Under the pieces are notes generated by a model, which was not told the DNA's origin, searched no databases, and saw only the letters and a program-made list of their open reading frames with translations. The position numbers and the translations under genes were made by a program. From Marsupella aquatica (Eukaryota; Plantae; Marchantiophyta): DNA of 64,000 bases. Position 1 is the stretch's first letter. Each line of letters opens with the position of its first letter. The DNA lies in assembly GCA_973895155.1 (NCBI GenBank), contig OZ316896.1, forward strand, positions 12,814,549 through 12,878,548. The letters are read 5' to 3'. Positions 13,350 to 23,800 of this stretch are shown in pieces.

Positions 13350-13654
13350 AAGGACCAGTACCAGGGGAGGGAGAAAGGATAAAAGGAGAGAGTATTAAAG
13401 AACTCCCACAAAGTGTACAACAGAGGTGTGTAAATAATCAGACTCCCATCCACTACCCACAAAACCCATCCCACGCACATGCCCAACCCACCTTGTGTGG
13501 AGGGGGATTGACCCTGGGACCTTTTGGTTCCAGGCTAATCTCCTAGCCAACTGACCTAAGCCAGTTGGTTAGTGGTGTGTGGAGGAGAATTGAACCTGGG
13601 ACCTTTCAAGTCCAGGCTAATCTCCTAGCCAACTGACCTAAACCAGTTGGTTAG
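13350..13654 (-). mobile_element. tRNA-derived SINE-like element with two tandem heads
   Basis: Minus strand has two ~80-bp copies (13495-13572, 13576-13654) with A-box-like TAGGTCAGTTGG and B-box-like GGTTCAATTC or GGGTCAATCC, followed by a GT-rich body. No complete cloverleaf. Confidence 0.6.
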
Positions 13655-13665
13655 CGTCTGATGCT

Positions 13666-13923
13666 TTTCAATCAGGTATTTCTGTTGGTCTTGATCAAAC
13701 ATGGTAGTGTTTTTGTTGGTCTTGAACCTGGTCTAAAGTTACTGTAGGGTTACCTCCAATGTTTGTTTAACAAGTCACAAGAGGGAGCTGGAGATTTCAA
13801 TCAGTTGTTTCTGTTGGTCTTGATCAAACATGGTAGTGTTTTTGTTGGTCTTGAACCTGGTCTAAAGTTACTGTAAGGTTACCTCCAATGTTTGTTTAAC
13901 AAGTCACAAGAGGGAGCTGGAGA
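13666..13923. repeat. Near-identical tandem duplication, 129-bp unit x2, with a diverged partial copy to ~14125
   Basis: tttctgttggtcttgatcaaacatggtagtg...aacaagtcacaagagggagctggaga repeated; related ggagaaatc...gagttggctg at 13920 and 14077. Confidence 0.9.
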
Positions 13924-14577
13924 AATCGACCAACAAGATCGAGTTGGCTGAGTATATTTATTACTATTCTCTTCAATGGGTGCGCCCAGAATAATTCTTG
14001 GCAGCTTGATATATACGTTTACAGATAGTCGTGGTAACTTTACTCCGATGTTTATTTAACAAGTCAGGACTGACTTGGAGAAATCCACTAGTAAGATTGA
14101 GTTGGCTGTATTTAATACTATTCTATTCAGATCCCTTCATTCAGTGCGCACACGCAGTTGTCCCTGCCTAAGTGCTCTTGTACAAGTGCAATACCTGGAT
14201 GGGAGAAGCTTCTTACCTTTTTGTAATGGGAAATGCACTTTTTGCAGTTTCCCGTAAGCACACAAAGAGTCTCACTAGAAAACAAATTTAAGTGTTGTCC
14301 ATAAGAGCAAATACTTAATGGTTTGCAGTTACTGATAAGGGCATAGGGTTTGGGGCTACCGCAAATAAGTGGCACTGAGTGGATTCTTGCAACTTAGGAC
14401 CGAGCTGTGCAATCCAGGAAGGACGTGACTTTTATCTTTGTTTTCCTACACTACAGTATTTCTACTGGCCTGATTATCGGTTCCAAATAGAAATGAGGAG
14501 AGGAGACCAAAAAAATGCAGGGAAAAAATTCACTTTTATTTATTGTTCATAGTTGCCCAGGCCACACCTAATTTTTA

Positions 14578-14804
14578 TTTGCACCCTCACTTTCAGTTAT
14601 GCCCTCACTTAGAGTTACGCCTAGAGGCCGCACTCGAGGTAGGCCTAGTTACTAGTTCCACTGAATCCACCCTGCTAGTTCCCCCATACCTGTTTTCTGT
14701 TTGCACCCTCACTTTCAATTATGCCCTCCCCTAGAGTTACGCCTAGAGGCCGCACTTGAGGTAGGCCTGGTTACTAGTTCCACTGAATCCACCCTGCTAG
14801 TTCC
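14578..14804. repeat. Tandem duplication, period 122 bp
   Basis: tttgcaccctcactttca-ttatgccctc...gcctagaggccgcact-gaggtaggcct-gttactagttccactgaatccaccctgctagttcc at 14578 and 14700. Confidence 0.9.
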
Positions 14805-15447
14805 ACCGAATCTCAAGTCAACCCACCCTGCTTGCAGTCTCATCTCACTTTGGCAGATATAAGTGCCCACCCTACTCACCATACGAGCCTTACCCTCGCA
14901 ACATCCTCCCAAAGTGCTTCACCGAAGTGCCCCCCGTCTTGAAGTTGCACTAGGACATATTAGCTTTTCTATCGTTTCGATTGGCAACTTTTCTGTCGTA
15001 TGACACCTCCCAATCCCACTTCCATAGGTGGGGCAGCAGGTTCCATGGCGGACCGGGGTTCCCACTTAATTAGTGCTTCCAATTGTTCGAACCTGAGATT
15101 CCCCTTGAGGGCAATCCGACGGTCAGAAATTTGTTTGGAGCGGTCGTAAAAATCTGCCTTCCTCTGACAGAAGAGGTGACAGCACCATCTTGAAAAGACG
15201 CAGCGATGCAGCCAATTCTTGAGAATTCCAGTTTTCAGGATGAAATTCCTTCAGTACTCATCACAAAGCTCGAAAAACTTTCCTGCTCTCTGGCTCTTGC
15301 TCAAAATTTATGTCCAGAAGCTTTAGAGATAGTATCCGCCCATGCTTCGCGTCGTTGCTTATTCAGTAGGACTTATCTGACTAGAAGCTCCAATCATTCG
15401 AAGATTTGCCGTGACGAAACTATCACATCAATTTGAGCTTACTGGCA

Positions 15448-17625
15448 ATGAATTGGATAGAGGAGCTCGGACCTAGCCGTCCTCCCCTGATCGCCGGCCG
15501 TCGGATGCCTTCGAGCATAACTCGGGAAGAACTCCATGCAATCTTCGACAGCCTCCGAGTCGATGAAGCGAACGCCGGCTACACGACCAACATTGATCTG
15601 CAAACCCTCTGCAGATGCTTGTACGCTGTGGCAAAAATGGAGGCAGAGGAAGCAAGTGAATGTCAAGAGAGCGGAGAGTTTCGTGAATTCTACAGAGAAT
15701 TGTTCTCGTTTGTTGAGGTGTACTTGACAGAATTTCCATGCTTAAAGCGATCACCGAGGGACACGGAAGCGATTCTCTACTGTTTGGGCGCTTTGGTGGA
15801 TCTTTCGAAATTTTTACTTCTAAGTATTGACGAGACTACCTCTTCCATGCGCATTTGCGACAGCATCTTTGTAGTCCGAACCTTATGTCGGGCTCTTGAT
15901 CGAGAACTGCCGTTTCATCAGCAACATGAATACAGCAGCCTGCCTACAGGAATTCTTGCAGGTACGCGCGTGTCGTAACGTGGAATCTCGACGAGTGTCA
16001 AACGAATAGTCATACATTAATCAAACCAAAAGCAATTTTATGAAATCACTCCTTTTACAATTCTTTCAAATCTGGAAAATTGCGCGCTAGAAATCGTCTA
16101 TCCAAGTAGTGTTACTTCAGAAAATTACTCGTCAGAGCTTTTTTCTCGGAAGTAGACTTTTCAACGTTGTTTCAAGGAAGTGACCCTGCAAGAATTCTTG
16201 TGTCATATCCCATACAGGAGCATACTGTCGTCCCTGGCCTGCTCCCACTCTTCACTACTTAGACGATACTTTACATTATGAGAAGAAATAATGAAGTTCC
16301 TAGCTTATAAATTTATGTGTAGTGCTGCCTAAGTACATTGTTTTCGTCCCTGTTCTTTTATCCACGGCCTTCTGTCATCTCAAGCGTATCCCACACCTAG
16401 CTTAGGACTGCCAACAAGAAGAAATCATGGAGTTCTTGTATTTATGTTGTGCTCTGCCTATTGTTTCAATTCTTTCGTTCTCTCTTCTCCTGTAATGCGT
16501 TTTCTTAGCATCGTCGTTGCTTGAGTGTGAAGCTTTTGAGTAGTCAGAAGATATGAAATCATTTCAAACTAAATTGTGATAACAGAAGGTCCTCGCCGAT
16601 ATGCGAGCTACTGGCATATCGAGTATACTACTAACGTTTGGGGAGGCCCCGCAAAGCGAAGGAGAGGTGCTATAGCTGTAGACAGAACCTCCTGCAGGTG
16701 TTCCGACTGTGGTGGAACCTCGGAGCCAAATTTGTGGATCAAGTGCTTGGTTGAGCATTTCGGACGCTGTTGTCCAGGTATTGATATTCCAAGATGGTCT
16801 TTTATTACTGGACCGGCACCTCTTCAATACTAGTTTACAGCTAAGATCATGCGTTCTTTATTAATTTTGAGATACAGTCAAATGCAGGACTTATAAGTTT
16901 GCTTTTCAACCCTATCACGTGATACGTTCTGTTGCATTTTTTTTATCGTTTTGGCGCCGATAATACATTATTTTGCTCTTGAAGCCACTTGTGAATCTTA
17001 AAATTAATGTATCTTGAGAATTCCAATGTTCACAAAGAATTCCTCTCAGACGCCAATTCCTTCACTTTTATACAATCTTGATTGTGCAGGCTATGGTGGT
17101 GAGACTTGCGGATTCGATATTCTGAAGAAACTTCTTCCAATTTTACACCAATTTCCATTAGAACTCACAGAAGTGGTCCTTCACCTGTTCGCCAAGACAA
17201 CCGAGACACTCCGAGATGATCTTCGCAGTAATCTGATTGTCTCGTTCATGGAGTTTTACGGAAGACTCGCTCAGAGATGTGGACAGCAGTTGAACCGGTC
17301 TTCAATCGAAATCTTTGTCACCATCTTCAAACATCTAAGATGTTGTCTGAAGTTTCTACTCCCAGCTGAGATCGCTCAGCATCTAGTGACGGACCTTCAC
17401 AATCAGATTCACGAGACGGTGCTCGAAGACATGGAGGTCGAGTCCGAATCTGAAATCACACCAGATGCAGGGCAAGAGAATTCAGAGTTTGGCGATAAAC
17501 TTCTCCTGACAGACCCTCCGGCATTCTCTGTAAACTCCGTTATAAGCCGTGGTTTCTCTTGGATCAAGTCCGCCCTTCACAATCTGAAGCCGAAAATGCG
17601 AAGACAATTGATTACCGATCCCTGA
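15448..17625 (+). CDS. USP9X/USP24/USP34 N-terminal-like alpha-helical protein without a catalytic domain (paralogue B, 413 aa); exons 15448-15961, 16586-16777, 17090-17625
   Basis: Three ORFs joined by two phase-1 GT-AG introns (GCAG|gtacgc...aacag|AA; CCAG|gtattg...tgcag|GC), 1242 nt in frame. Clear similarity to paralogue A: EAILYCLGALVDLS vs EGVIVCLALLTDLS, VVRTLCRALD vs VVRTLASALD, CRCSDC vs CKCTVC, EVVLH in both, IFKHLR vs IFRHLR. Confidence 0.85.
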
Positions 17626-18160
17626 TTGGCGTTATTTCGTAGGCTAACAAGTCTCAGTTTGTAGGTTTTCAGCAGCTTTAGGGGAACAGTTGCAGGCGAA
17701 GTTCGTTCGAGTGCTTAGGATGATCTGAACTTGTGATTGTGAAAGTTTCGGTGTATTTCTTTATTCACATGATTGGTCTAAACTGTTTTTCAGCCAGTCG
17801 CTTGAAATCATGTCAAAGCTGTATCACATTCAGAGATCTTCAACGACAATCACAAGTTCAGATCTGTAAATGTATTTCCGCCGTCAGAATGTGATGCAGC
17901 TTTGAAATTCCACCTTAGCTATCACAGTACAGTATACAACAAACTAACATATCTATCAACTCTTGCCTACTGCCTGAACAATTTTTGGCACAGTGCGTCG
18001 CAGTGCAGTCGTGTCCCACGAAAACGAAGGAATTTATGGAAAGTAACGTCCTCGAGACTGACAACAAACGGATTGGAATCCTAATCCCTACGTCGTTCAT
18101 AGACATTCCTTGAAAATAAACCTCTCCTTGTATTCAGAATAGCTCATTTTCGAATTCGTT

Positions 18161-18382
18161 CTTTGAAAGCAAATAGTGAGAGGTGAAAAACAAGCCCGAT
18201 TCCTCGACGTTCTTTGAAAGAAAATAGTTGAGAGGTGAAAAACAAGATCTCTTTGAAAGCAAATAGTGAGACTGAGGTTAAAAAACTAGATCTCTAGCTC
18301 TGAAGAGAGTTGAGAGGTGAAAAACAAGATCTCTTTGAAAGCAAATTGTGAGACTGAGGAGAAAAACTAGATCTCTAGCTGT
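18161..18382. repeat. Complex short tandem repeat
   Basis: ctttgaaag(c/a)aaat(a/t)gtgag and gaggtgaaaaacaag / aaaaactagatctctagct modules repeated 4-5 times. Confidence 0.85.
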
Positions 18383-20856
18383 GAAGATAGTTTTTGTAAC
18401 AAGACTAGCTCGAACTTGTGCGGATGGCACTAATGGCTTGACTCTGTGCATGGGTCACCACTCGCTCTTCCATTCAATTCCACTCAAGACTGACACCCCA
18501 TACCACTCCACTCCACAGTTCGAGCACTCCCGCTATAGGGGAGTTTGGCCAGCGGCAACAACCCACACATCGCCATAAGGGAGTTTAGCAAGCCGGGTGC
18601 GGTGCACGTGTATCCAGGTTATTCTCCAACTTCAGTTAGTTGGTAAGGACACCTTACCCTACTATGGTAAGGATCAGTGACGAAGGCTAGCCTTGGAGCT
18701 GACCGGAGTTAGCCACACTACTAGGGAGTCTCAAATCAAAATTAAGTTTTCCGACCATTTTTGCCTGACCGCAGTTGAGCCCAAAAATATATAAACACCG
18801 ATCCACCTCCATTGTGGTTCAATTGGGCCACTGTCTTGTGGAGAATAGCCAAGAGAGCTCGAGAGCAGCTCAACTACTCTTCGGGCTACTCTTCTGCGCT
18901 AAAATGATATAGGAACTTGCAATATTCATTGGTGGTCATAGCGGGGGTCATAGTTTGCACGGCAGTTTTTGAGATTTGGTTTAATCTCTTGCTTTGATGT
19001 ATCAACTTTCTAACATTCTGAAAAGATAAGCAAACCATCCTTTGATCATGTTCTATATACTTGCATTGACCTTCAGTTCCAAGCCAAGTCTCCCCCACTT
19101 GTAGAGCGTGATCTGGCCGGCCATGTCAGAATTGGGGTCTAATATTGCTTAGTTGTCCACCTTATTGGCTAGATGTCATGGTTAGCATTATTTCTGTGGC
19201 AACTGTTTTGTGGTTAAACCACCAGTGGTCATATAAAAGGAGGAGTGTTCAAAACTACTCACTTCTTCACATTCCTCTCCTCTGTCGTGAGACTTTGCTC
19301 CACAATTTTGGGAAAAAGTACTAAAAATGGTGAAAAGTGTGTAACCACATTTTTGTCTTGGCTAGTGGCATTTTTAAGTGCTAACCAGAGGTATGCCGTT
19401 GTATGGGAACTTAATGATCTGTCAATCACTTCATCTGATGTGAACTCATCATTTACGTGGAAGAATGGCTATGGAGGAACCTTTCCTCATTTCAGTTGTC
19501 TTTTGCCTCCTTTTGGTCCCCTTGAAATGAAGTGTTCTGTGCAAAATTAACTAAGGATCCAATGTTATAAGGACTTAGATTTCATCCACAACCTCTCTAC
19601 TTTGTCACAATACATACTTTGCCACCCATTGCAAATTATTATTTATTTTGCCATCTTTTTCCACTGCTTGTTAAACCATGCCTGCCCATATAAAAGTCCC
19701 ATTCCCTCTGATGAAATCTGACATGATGTTGACCATTCCATCATTCTAAGTTAACCAGAATTACTTTGCTTACCAGCAATGAAAACAGGTCGCAACCTAG
19801 TAGTTAAGCTTAAAAGACTGGCAAAATATGTAACTTGCAAAAAAGAATGGCACTGTTACGACATGTCAATTTTCAAGTAAAGGCAGGGTTAATAGAAACT
19901 CCCGAATGAAGACCTAAGAAGACGAGTGGCATGATCGTATTTCTTCCAGAAAGTTGCATTTGTTATCAGAGAAGTTAGGATCAATTTCAATATTACCACT
20001 CACACCACCTCTCGATATCTACTGATGAAACTGTTTTCGTTTTGAACGTTTATCACATTCGATCACAAGAGACTGTTTGGAAAAGCTAGAAAGACCCAAC
20101 AAGGTCATGGTAAACTTATCATCCTGCTCATAAACAAATAAAAGAAAATTGATCTTTACTCATAGGAGAAATTGAACCCTTGCCAATCCTAATGGCCTCA
20201 ACCAAGTCAGTGGCATGTCTATTAATGAGTCCTCTCATACTTGCGTTACTCATGAGCGTGCTAAATCTTGGCTGGAAATACAAAATGTTCATCTCGTTTC
20301 TGGTAGTTTGGTGTATAAGCTCAACCTTGATCAAAAACGAGGCATCAAGGAGATCGAAGCAAGTCGACGATGAATAAGCCGTCAATATTCTTCCAGGTGA
20401 AGACAAATGCCATTAAACGTAAGTCCAGTGAGGAAGTTTCTCACTAATTTTCCTCTTCAATTCATCTGAGACGTAAACTTACTGATGCATCTCATCCATG
20501 CCCTAATGGTGTTGGCTATATCACCCGAGGTTCAACTCTTGTGACTTGTAACGAGTGACAACATTTGATTCCAGTGTCATGTTTTCTTTGATTGACCAAT
20601 GAAATCCAGCTAGATTTCTTGCCACGCAACGCTAGGAACATACTACTCTGCTGGCGAGTAGCGCAACAAAATAATACCTAGTTAAGGGGGATGATTGCCA
20701 ACTTGTCCTTCAGTTGGAAAGTTTTCCCCCACCTGATGAGGAACTAAAATAAGACCATGGTTCAGCGCTAAAGTGTATTCTCTTGCCTGTCCATACGAAC
20801 ACTTGAAATGGATGAACAGAATTTGCACATGGCATTGCGAATCAAACGTTTCACCA

Positions 20857-23800
20857 CATCCCAATTCTTACTTCGGTCAATGACTGCTTAATTCCTTAGA
20901 AATTACTAGGGATATACGGGACCAAAAGCACAGCCATTGATGCAATTAGGAAAGTGAAATTGACTGTGATGGACGAATTGAGTTTCCTCGAAAGTATTTC
21001 CTAGAAATTTGAATCCATTTGTGATGTTGATTACAGCTGATCACTGGCCTGCAGGAGCAGATGCGTTACAATCTAACTAAATTGTCCTTCCACAACGCTC
21101 TAGAGGTTGCAAGACTTTTCTACGATTTTCTTTGGCTTTATGACAAATGTCATAGATGCTTAATATAAGCTTCGCAAGACATTCTGACAGAGAAGGGTTT
21201 GGAAACAGAGCAACCTTGACTTAATTATCGTTGAAATCGTCTGATATAAGCCAGCAGTCAAGAAAAATGCTCCGACATCAAAAGTGAAAAAGAAACACAT
21301 TTTCACAAGGGTTTTGCAGGCAAGACATGATTATGAAAATGTCACGGCACGAAAAAGACAGCTAGCCATAAGCTGAAGAGTGTGATATCTAGTTTATTAT
21401 CTTTGGTGACTGTCAAGAGCTTCGACATTTCGCAGATCATCGAGGATGGGAAAATTTGTGACAAACGTGTTACTCAATAAGTTCCGCCATCCCATTTCTA
21501 AGGATCCACAACCTGGGCCACCAATATTTGTGGATGTTAAGGACAAGGTAAGAATACTTTAGAGGATAAGAGGTGAAACATAATCGCCAAGCCAACCTAG
21601 ATCCCCGTGTTCATCTCTGCTAAATGATTTTTTGTAGGAATCTGTGAACCCTGGTGAGATTTGATAATGTATGAGTTCATTCATGATTAGCTTCAGAGTC
21701 CATTGTCACACAAATGACCTGGACACTACCACAGAAATTTGAATTGAAACTTTCAGTCCACTCTTACGTCAAATTCATTGATAACTGGAGACTCTTCTAC
21801 CTCAATTCACATACAAGAAATACATCGTGACGAAAATTGTCACAAAAGGAGACACGGACGATTGTCAAACAAAGGAGACACGGACATTTTTTGTGACGGA
21901 AATTGAGTTAAAACTAAGGTTTTGTCAGCAAGTAGCAAGAATGAAAGTGAATTGTGACATTCATGTTCCACAATCTCTTCGCCTACAGTTACACTCATGT
22001 TTTTATGGCGCAATCGGAGTGGGATCAATTTGTACTATTCAAATCTCGTGCAGGATTTGCCGTATGATGGACAATGTAAACGTGCCACGCCATCGATCTT
22101 TGATCATCCCTTGGGGCTCAAACAAGAGGGAGCCCTCCTGATGGCCATACTAACCGGTGTGCAAGGGAGTGCCCTAGAAAAGGTCACCAAGGGGGCGATC
22201 GACCTCTACTATGCAAAGGCTGGTGATGGAGAAACCACTCTAGACCCGTCTGTAAGCCTTGAAGGTGTCAAAGAGAAGAAGAAGAAGTTGAACAAGGTTG
22301 ATGCCCTCAAGCACCTACTATTTGGCGGTGCCTTGAGTACATCGAGCAAGAAAAGGAGGAGTAGGGTGAGTCCCCATCAGCCTCATCCACCCCGACAACC
22401 TCAAATCGCACTTGCGGATGCTGCCATTGATACCGCTGATCTAGAAGAATTAACAGGCGAAGAGGGTGCTTCAGAAAGTATCCAGTTGCTGGCCGACATT
22501 GCCAATGAGGAAGAGGCGTACAAAAAAAGTCTGGAACTAGATGCCACTCTTGGATCGGCCATCCCTCTGGACGAATACTTGAAGTTGGTGAAAAGATCCA
22601 CAGGCCGAATTGGATATCGCACCCAACTCTTGGATGAGCTTGCTCTCGGGGAAGATATTGACATGTGGGTGAAGGAGTCGGAATTTCCTCCCATACCTCC
22701 ACCTCCAACTGAAAAGTCGAAGGAGAGCAAGGCTGTAGATCCTGAAAAGTCTAAGGAGACCAAGTCTGGAGATCCTGGAGCTAAGCCATCTCCAGAGTAT
22801 AAGGGTGCTATGCGTGCAACAAGCCTTGTTGTGAAGAAAGCACGACGTTTGGTGCGTGACTTAACTCTAACTCCAAATACCATAAAACTTACAATCTCAA
22901 CATTTGCTTTCCGAAAGAACCACCGTGACTCACTATAGTGTAGTGAATAAGAACGTTTTCTTGACTTGACATCAAATCTATCTATTTCTCCGTGTATGAG
23001 AATTGAAATTGTGTTATATTAGGACACTGCTCTTGTTTGCACTATTTCTGTTGTGAAATTTCCAATCTCGAAAAGAACATAGCATTAACAGTCCACTTTT
23101 CCTACAAGGGCATGTAACCACCAAGAATAAGAGAGGCAGAGGAGCCCCATCTTAAGTTTTTGCTGTAAGCACAAACAAATTCAAAGAAAAACGGCAAAAA
23201 ACAACAGCAAATTCATCACTAACAATTTGCAGCGTGATCTTAGAAATTATCACCGAACAGAATGTATAAAATCTCACAGTAGTTGTCCTATCGCGAATTA
23301 CAATTTAGTCCGCTATCCCCAAATCAGTCAACAATACAAAGCTAGACAAGAAAACCTGCGACGTCGCGCTCGTTTGCATCAAGCAACAAACATATCTCCG
23401 CCTGATTGCTACTTCAATGTTCAACAATAGCATGCCCCAGCCGTGCTTGTCCAGCAAGCAAATGAAGACCGAAGAAATCAAAATTGTTCTGTATTCACTT
23501 CAGTGGCTTCGTTGTAGTAAGCACTACCTGGATTTTGGTCAAAGCCCACCATCCATGAGAAACAGTAATCAACGACTGAACCTTTCATCTCCCATTGAGC
23601 CAAGAGTAGCCGAGAATTTTTACATTGGCATTTGCAATTCATAACACGCTTGATTGGTAAGTAGATCTAGAAGTCAACCACTGTTTTCTTGATGCCAGTC
23701 TTGTGACCTTTCTTTCTTTCTGCTTGATGGGCAGAGCTCCTATCATCACATGGGAAATTGGAAAATGATGATGAAGGCAATATTTACGAGTTTGTGGCTC

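Noticed and set aside
18395-19130. Solo LTR starting TGTAACA with a TATA box near 18788
   Set aside because: No matching ...GTTACA end or TSD could be found
11306-22883. Antisense and overlapping ORFs (11306-11868, 15439-15754, 22307-22883)
   Set aside because: Shadows of real coding exons on the opposite strand
23233-23656. U-to-C RNA editing or stop-codon readthrough rescuing the in-frame stops
   Set aside because: U-to-C editing in plants is organellar, while this locus has spliceosomal introns and also a frameshifting duplication. Ordinary pseudogenisation is simpler.
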